A DNA stretch of 63,582 bases, the filler included, from Kipferlia bialata (lineage: Eukaryota): assembly GCA_003568945.1 (NCBI GenBank). It is 6 parts of 6 records of this genome, joined end to end, with 100 filler letters (N's around TTAATTAATTAA, not from the genome) between each part and the next. Parts side by side here need not be neighbours in the genome. Positions count along the whole stretch, not along the records: positions 50,964 to 59,997 come from BDIP01000819.1; positions 60,098 to 63,582 come from BDIP01000849.1; 4 more parts are not named here. One strand, given 5' to 3'. The notes beneath the pieces were generated by a model. The model saw only the letters and a list, made by a program, of their open reading frames with translations, ran no database searches and had not been told where the DNA came from. Position 1 is the stretch's first letter. Each line of letters begins with the position of its first letter. This document shows, one piece after another, positions 56,501-63,582 of this stretch. The position numbers and the translations under genes are program-made.

Positions 56501-56623
56501 AGAACAGACAACAAAACCTTAACATAGAAAAACGAGTAAGGTCATACAGCACCAAATATGAAGGAAAAACGTACTGGGAATCCTCCTTCCAGCGGCGTTC
56601 ACGAAAAACTGGTCGTCGGACAT
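53558..56623 (-). CDS. citF-citD-citE: Fused bacterial-type citrate lyase: alpha (CitF, CoA-transferase) + gamma/ACP-like (CitD) + beta (CitE, citryl-CoA lyase); 927 aa, 3 exons
   Basis: Exons 56623-56575, 56441-56021 and 55871-53558 total 2784 nt in frame, with GT-AG introns. CitF motifs: NAAGRRIP, ISWHHHLRNGD, RSHGGRVRAI, FSFQAGAGG, GALEVDVNFNIN, GGSQDTAAGA, WRDGTVIDVV. CitD-like: KSDVEITL...DAGASDWVIAARVEAAV. CitE: RRSLMYIPG, DLEDAV, VRIN, PKIES, GLEDY, IHPSQI, GRKMIDAPV. Confidence 0.93.
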
Positions 56624-57024
56624 AGCTGAGTTGCAAGTGCCGGTGTAGAGAGGGTCTACCACGGTCTATCGATGCTATCGGTTTTCCTCAATCTATCCCA
56701 ACTATTTTCCGGAAATTCCGACGTTTCGATCAGCAGCGAGATACTCAAAGACTTCTCTTGAATATCTCGCGGATCCAATACTGCGAGATATTGTCCTGCG
56801 TCAAAAACCACATAAGGGTCAATGCGATGACTGAAGTCTCATTGTTGCGAAATAGGACTGATCTGACTACTATTTGGATCTGGTACCATACACTCATAAC
56901 GTCTTTAGAGTAAAGCATATACTTCTCCGTAATATCATCAATGACTAGCATCGGTGACTATCTATTAATACTTGGATCTAGTACTATCACCATCTAGTTG
57001 ATTGCCCAACTCGACTGATGCTAC

Positions 57025-59698
57025 TTAGGCCTTCCATGTCCTGATCCACTCATTCATGGCCTGGAGCTGGAACTCCCTGGAGGTGAGAAGAGGATAAGTA
57101 ATGAGAAAGCGGTGAGGACAAGGGAGTGCGGGCTCGATAACCGCACCTGATAGTGGCCAGAGGGGCGGGGTCGTCGAGCTTGGTGGCATACATGTCAGCA
57201 CAGTGGGAGGTGCCGTGCATGACGTATCTGGGGGAGGCGGGGTTGTCGAACATGTTACCGAGTGCGTGCCAGGGGTCAACGTCTCCTGAGAGTCAGCACA
57301 TAGCACAAGTATAAGGAATGACGGAGAGGTCGGTACAAAAGCACCAGTACTCACCGTTGGCGTAGAACACGTTGCTGATCCTCTGCTTCTCGGCACCATA
57401 CAGCACGTTGGTCTGGGATGAGAGGGTGGTAATGTAACTATGCGTGAGTTTGATATGGACGTGTGTGCCGCACCTGGGCTGTCTGCATGTCGGCCTCCTC
57501 TGCCTCGATACCGAACACGTCAGAGCACCAGGAGTGGAAGTAGTCAACGTCTACCAGCTCAGACACAACATCAGAGGTGGTGCCGGTCTGCCAGTAGGAG
57601 AACTGGGGTGAGGAAGGGGGGGTGAATGGACACTAAACCATCATATTGACATCCATACACAATTCATTGCAGCACTACCAGTTTCATATGTGTATGTAGG
57701 TATATAACTATGCACATACCTCAGTGCAGCACTGCCAGGTCCAGGCCCTCTCAGATGCTGTCTCAGCGGTGGGGTCGAGGTCGAGCATGGAGTCGATGGT
57801 GGACTGGTAGGAGGCATCCACACACCCGGGGTAGTACTGGCGTCAGATACAGTGATAGACACGCATAGAGTAGGTACAGAATATGCAGCAGTCCCTAGTG
57901 GTGACTGACCTCAGCAGCCACGAGCTCAGCGATGTTCTCGAGGGTGGAGGAGTTGGGTCCGTCCACAATGTCGGTGCACAGAGCCTCAATGTCGCCTGGG
58001 TCAGAGAGAGAGTAGTGGAAGATGAGATGGTAAGAGAATGGCTGATCAAAGAGACAGAGAGACCCACCTGGCTTGGCGTACTGGATGGTTCCTGCAATGG
58101 GGTCGTCCAGGAGAGACCTAACGGTGAGGGTATGGAGGGATAATAGAAATATGGAAGACATGCCATTATATGATACATCACTAGTGGACCCACATGAAGT
58201 TAGCGACGTCGTTGACATCGGAGTAGTCGATGTCGTCACAGAGGTTGAACATGCGGAAGAGCTCATCGCGGCCAGACTTGGTGGCAATGAGAGTCTCGGC
58301 CCTGGGAGTCAGAGAGGGGACAGGGGGGGGGGGATAACTATATAAGAGTGGTGGCACACCTGGTGACGGCGTCAGCCACAGCCTGGGTGCACTGGTTACC
58401 GTAGGAGGAGGTGCCGAGGCTAGCCTGCACCACATCGAAGTACTGGTAGTAATCCACCTGAGGGGTGAGGGAAGTGGAACTGAGAGTACGCACACTTACA
58501 CTCACACACTAGGCCACACATAATAGCAGCATAAACACACACACACCTCGGCCTTGACAGGGGCAGAGGAAGCAAGGGCACCGGCAATCAGGTGGGGGTA
58601 CCTGGAGTGAAACAGCAGATGGAATCAGACACACATCACATCCACTATCATCAGCCTTGGCACCTGAGCCTCATCCAGGCAGCCAGGTTGCCGGAGTAGC
58701 TGCCGCCAATGGCGATCCAGGGGGCTCCCTCAACATCGTACATACCGGCGTCGGTGAAGTAGGAGATGAACCTGGGGTGGGAGGGCGAGAGAGCAGAGGG
58801 CTCTGTCAACGATATATATATGTACCAGGTAGTAGTGCTAGGTTGTAGCTGTTGTTGTCATGTACCTGGCGGTATCGGCCAGGGCCTGCTCAGAGGAGAG
58901 GTAGTGCATGTTCTCGGTGGCATAGTCCTCCACGGGGATGGACTCGCCGTAGTACCTGGAGGGTCAGACACTCACGGAGACGGACTAATTTGGGGGTGGT
59001 AGGGGGGGGTGGGAGGTCATTGCAAGTATTCTCTGAGCCTGACAGATACATGCACCCAGATGTCTCCCTACCTGTGCTCGAGGTCAACGATCAGACCTCC
59101 CAGCATCTTGGCAAAGGTGTTGACGTAGAAGTAGCCTCCCACGCACTTGGGGGACTCGGGACCCTCACCTCCTAGGAACAGAAGCACTGGGCCGCCTGGG
59201 TATGAGAGGAGATAACCACATGCCATGGGAAGAGATAATAAGCACAGAAGACAGGGAGAGACATGAATTGGAGTAAGATATGGATTCCGTGATCATGCGT
59301 ACCGGGTGTGTAGTAGGTGTCGTTGATGTAAAACTTCTGGCTCCAGTAGCTGATGTCCACCTTGTCGAAGTGGTCAAGGAGCTGGGATCAGAGAGAAGGT
59401 CGGTCAACACTATGAGAAGATACATACTCGTTGGCACCGGTTGCACTGGTTTTAAAGAACTTCCACACGCACAATTATCCATGAACTATAATCACTAGCT
59501 GTATGTCCATCCATAGGGCGTATCAATTGCATTATGGAATACATGTCAAGATATGTCAAACACTCCTCTCACCTGCTCGTCATACCAGTTAGCCTGGGCC
59601 TCGCCGAGCTCAGCCTCAGAGGCAACCTCCTTGTAGTAGTTGCGGGGGGAACACAGCACTACTGCCAGGCAGCAAGCGATGATCAGAGCAGTTCTCAT
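57025..59698 (-). CDS. Serine peptidase family S28 (prolylcarboxypeptidase/PRSS16-like) with a signal peptide
   Basis: MRTALIIACCLAVVLCS..., Q|LLDHF, GGPVLLFLGGEG, LEHR|YYGES, YLSSEQALAD, WIAIGGSYSGNLAAWMRLR|YPHLIAGALASSAPV, DPWH and HGTSHCADM; TAA at 57027-57025. Confidence 0.92.
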
Positions 59699-59949
59699 TC
59701 TCTCGCACTGAATAGGCACCTCTCTGCTGACCCTTCACTTCACTTGTTCAGTTTGACCCTCAAATCGACCCTTATTATGCACAAAAACGCCAAAACACAG
59801 CGAGAGGGTGTAGATCAGGGAGAAGAGCTGACACGGCTGTCAGCTCTTCTCCCTCTATCGTTATCGCTAACAGTATGAGCAAGAGGCCGCGTCACGAGGA
59901 AACATTCGATGAACTCGACGATCTGCCAGAGAACTTCGTACGTTGTGTA

Positions 59950-59997
<48 letters not shown>

Positions 59998-60097
59998 NNN
60001 NNNNNNNNNNNNNNNNNNNNNNNNNNNNNNNNNNNNNNNNNTTAATTAATTAANNNNNNNNNNNNNNNNNNNNNNNNNNNNNNNNNNNNNNNNNNNN
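59998..60097. other. Artificial contig linker (N44-TTAATTAATTAA-N44), flanked by poly-C and poly-G contig ends
   Basis: Same 100-bp construct. Confidence 0.97.
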
Positions 60098-60116
60098 GGG
60101 ACAGGGTGGGGGTGGT

Positions 60117-60151
<35 letters not shown>

Positions 60152-60282
60152 CATCGATATACGGACACCCTAGACACACTATATACACACCTCACAGTCT
60201 GTTGGCAGGGTAAGAGGGTCCTTGCGTGCACAAATAGTATACTATATTGCCCATTGGGTGTATATATATATATATACTATAC

Positions 60283-60867
60283 CTCACAGTCTGTTGGCAG
60301 GGTGGGAAGGAGGGACAGGGCCTGCACAGAGTTGTATCCAGAGAAGCCCCTGGGGTGAGAGGATAGTAAGAAGACCCACAAACAGATATATATACATATA
60401 TGTGCATGCACAAGCACTAACACATACTATCTTATCTATCCATATCTGCCTACTATCTTATATACTTGTACCGTCATACCTGACCACCACGTCTGCCTTG
60501 GCCTCTGTGGCAGAGATGAGCCTCTGGACCCAGGCACCTGGGGGCAGACATTGATAGTATATATATAGTATATATAGAAGAGAGAGAGAGAAAGAATACA
60601 TGGAGTATACTTCCATAGCAATCAGATCGATCAGTCTCTGGACCCAGGCACCTGGGGGTCAGACATGTATAGTACTTAGACAGGGTTCGGTATATGTAGT
60701 ACTCAGACTGATACAGAGTGAAGTGCATGTTTCCTCTGGACCCAGGCACTTGGGGGTGAGGGAGACATACACATAAAGTATGTGCACACGCAATGCCACT
60801 TACCTGACCTCACCCCGTACTGTGTGAGCGAGTCTCCAAAGCACAGGATCTTGGGGGCAGAGGGCAT
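60283..60867 (-). CDS. IAH1: SGNH/GDSL hydrolase, IAH1-like esterase, 3'-truncated
   Basis: MPSAPKILCFGDSLTQYGVRS|GAWVQRLISATEAKADVVVR|GFSGYNSVQAL contains SGNH blocks I (FGDS) and II (RGFSGYN). Confidence 0.8.
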
Positions 60868-61235
60868 GGGGGAGCAGAACGAGAAGAAGGAGACATCAAT
60901 TCGAGTCGATGCACATAATGTGCAGCACATTGTCTGGGTTTGGGTGAAGGAAAAACACCAGAAAAGGGGGTTAACTTGCGTGTAGGCTTTCCACCAACAA
61001 AGCGATTTGACATCAATGGCTCTATTCACTCTCTCTGTCCATTTCTCCTATCACAGTGACACAAAACCAAATGAACATATCTATTTCTTGCCTGATTGGA
61101 TCCATGTTTCATCGTTGCTGACATCCCCACCACAATACCCTAACTGCGTCTAGTATGCCCATGCACTCTCTCTCTCTCTCTCTAAATATATATATATATA
61201 TAATTGTATCTACACTCTGCTTCGTATGCGGATGA

Positions 61236-63066
61236 CTAGTATGCCCATGCATACACCTCAAACCTCATGGATGGGTGTCCCTGGTTGCCAAGAGGGGTGA
61301 TCCTCACCTGCGGTGAGAGACCATTCCATATTGCGTTGTGTAGTTAGATACACTAACACATATGAGTACCTGCTTGGCCACGACTGGGTTGCCAAATGTC
61401 TGCAGTACAATGGTGTGGCGGTCTGTGTTACCCTTGTACTCCTTGACATCAGGCTCGGCAGCAACCCACGTCCGTGGGACAGTGTCTGTAGCAAGGACTT
61501 CCACCTTGTAGCTGGGTTCAGTAGTGGGGTCTTTCATCCATGTATATATGGTGTAAGTCGAATATACAGTACACAGGCTCGGAAATACAAGAAGGCATGT
61601 GAATACTAATGGCGTCAATGTATGTATATAGGAGCCACCTTGTGACCCACTGATCATCCGAGGGCCTTCCTGCAGTGGCCACCCCTACCACCACAACGGG
61701 TCTGTCGAAGGTAACCTAAGGGTCAGATGCAACAGTTGTCCAGTAACTACAAGGGCGTCTCTCTCTACTCAGTTGTCTCTCGCCATCACTTGTCACATTA
61801 CAGTGTCCACATGAATAATGAAATATTATCGGGCTGTGATATTTAACCAAGAGTATAGTTTACCACACACCTGTGCGTTCTGACCAAGGCCGGAGCCAAA
61901 AGGGCACCAAGCACCTATAGCAGTGAACTGGCTGATATCAGACAGATATAAGCACTGCCGTTCCCACTCTTTGCCAAGGTAACATACATAGAACACTACC
62001 GTAGTGACCTCGCTGAATTGATGATGTTAGAATCTCAATTGGATTGCTCTTTGGAGTACATACCGCTTTGTGAGTCTGTACTCCGAGTGATGGTCAGAGC
62101 AGTTGTGGATGGCCATACTGCTGAAGTCCATTCTCGCTGCCCTCTCCTCAACGGCCTCCATCAAGGTGTGGTTGGGGTAGTGTCTCTGGATTGCGGCCAG
62201 GGCAGAGGGGGCGTCGGGGTGGAGGGATGCGATGGGAGTGGACTGGGATGAGGGGGGGTAACAGTGAGTGGAGTATGTCCGGTACCTTGTGTATCAACTC
62301 AATGGTATTGGTAGCCTATGGGAAGGATTTGTTGACTACTGTCTTACCTTGGGGTTGAGTGTGAAACCCTTTAGCAGGGTTGCCTTGGCATAGGCAAGCT
62401 CAGACACACCCTCAGAGGGGGAGAGAGAGGCAGGGGCATCTGACTCCTCCCTCTCCCTCTTCAGACCCTCGACTGTCTCACTAAGAGCATGGATCTGCTC
62501 TACCATAGCAGTGTTACTCTGGGTCTGGGTGTCTAGCTGCTTGCGGAGGTCATCAATCAGACAGTTCTGATATCAGTAAACATATCACATGACACACAGA
62601 GTTTTTTGACTACACCCTTTTGTCACTGGGTCAGCATGACAAGTTGTCACACGGATTGACTTGTCAAGTACGGTATGGGTATACGCAGCATATAGGAGAC
62701 AAGTTAACCCCACCTGTCTGTGTTGCATTGCTAACAGAGTCTCGATGAGGGAGTAGGAGCGGTGTCCCCTGGAGTGAATGAAGAAGAGAGGGTGTATCAG
62801 GTCTATAATGCGTGTAGGGGCAGCTGTAGGGCTACGATAGACAATGCCGCTGAGTTTAGACTCCATGTGTTGTGAAGACGTACATATGTATCACAATATA
62901 GTCAGTAGAGCCATCAGAGACATGCATCAATGATCGTGTATTGACGGTTTGTCACACAACTCTATAACACACCAACACACTAAGGTCCCTCACCTGCCTT
63001 CACAATCTCTCCATCTCCACAGTACTGGTCCTCAGTGGAGGACGTGTTAGATGCAAGGGGTGCCAT
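61236..63066 (-). CDS. Protein with a coiled-coil-like middle region and a C-terminal F5/8 type C (discoidin) domain
   Basis: Exons read YRLTKR|GAWCP..Q|VTFDRPVVVVGVATAGRPSDDQWVT|SYKVEV...YKGNTDRHTIVLQTFGNPVVAKQ|VRITPLGNQGHPSMRFEVYAWAY*, a clear discoidin signature. The start codon at 63066 is tentative. Confidence 0.8.
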
Positions 63067-63582
63067 GGAGGGTGTGTGGGGATGTGAAGGGTAGAGAGTG
63101 GTGACATGTGGAGTGACCCGAACATGAACCCCTTGGTGAGTTGTTTTTGCCTCAGAAGGCCAGTCATATTCAATCTCCACGTGCTTCTCTCCCTACAGAC
63201 CTATCTATCCCAATAATCAAGTCAAGGCTCTTAGGAGCTCCCAAATATGACTATATCATGACACTGTCTTCCACATACATATTCTATACATATTATATAT
63301 ATAGAAATCCAGAATGTTTGTGGTAGCGTTTGGCGTTCTTTAGATATGATGTGAATGAATACCATAAAGTGCTGGTCTAAATTGGAGATACGTCGTACAA
63401 AGGCGGTGAAGGGATAGATCTGAGGCCGAAAGGTTTCATGATATGGTGTGAAGTGCTAATGTGAATTGACACTACTGTTCAGACGCTGTACTGGACACTG
63501 TACACCTCAAGACACATATCCGCGAGATGTGGTGGGCGGTCAGGTATCTGACAACGACCAGACTACCCTTGGAGCCAGCTAT

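Noticed and set aside
51678..59698. Kae1, citrate lyase and S28 peptidase as a functional cluster or bacterial contaminant
   Set aside because: The functions are unrelated, Kae1 is the eukaryote/archaeal type, and all three genes have host-type spliceosomal introns.
59951..60147. Long poly-C and poly-G tracts as G-quadruplex or telomere-like elements
   Set aside because: They sit at contig ends where homopolymer length is unreliable, and no telomeric repeat unit is visible.
1..63582. Transposons, tRNA, rRNA or snRNA genes
   Set aside because: No transposase or reverse transcriptase motifs, terminal repeats or recognisable structured RNA seen by eye. A covariance-model search would be needed to exclude small RNAs.

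Overview
Intron-rich eukaryotic genomic DNA made of six pieces joined by artificial 100-bp N44-TTAATTAATTAA-N44 linkers, so adjacency across linkers means nothing. The style suggests a free-living fornicate/metamonad such as Kipferlia (inference only): GT-AG introns full of TA/CT microsatellites, a branch point fused to the 3' splice site (CTNACCCCCAG), and kelch-like orphan genes. Genes reconstructed by manual splicing: TOP2 3' part, an MBL-fold hydrolase, a two-domain membrane adenylyl cyclase, two kelch-like proteins, farnesyltransferase beta, CDC5 5' end, an R/S-rich orphan, PP2A scaffold A, a C2HC zinc-finger gene, Kae1/OSGEP, a bacterial-type citrate lyase, an S28 peptidase, an IAH1-like esterase and a discoidin-domain protein. 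Three results stand out. (1) One 927-aa, two-intron gene fuses citrate lyase alpha (CitF), gamma/ACP-like (CitD) and beta (CitE), and the ACP appears to lack the canonical prosthetic-group serine. (2) Introns carry polarised arrays of partial copies ('echoes') of the neighbouring exon ends with their splice sites, and these differ from the live exon mostly at synonymous positions. (3) The cyclase has its C1/C2 catalytic roles in reverse order relative to mammalian adenylyl cyclases. All exon models are by eye, without transcript support.
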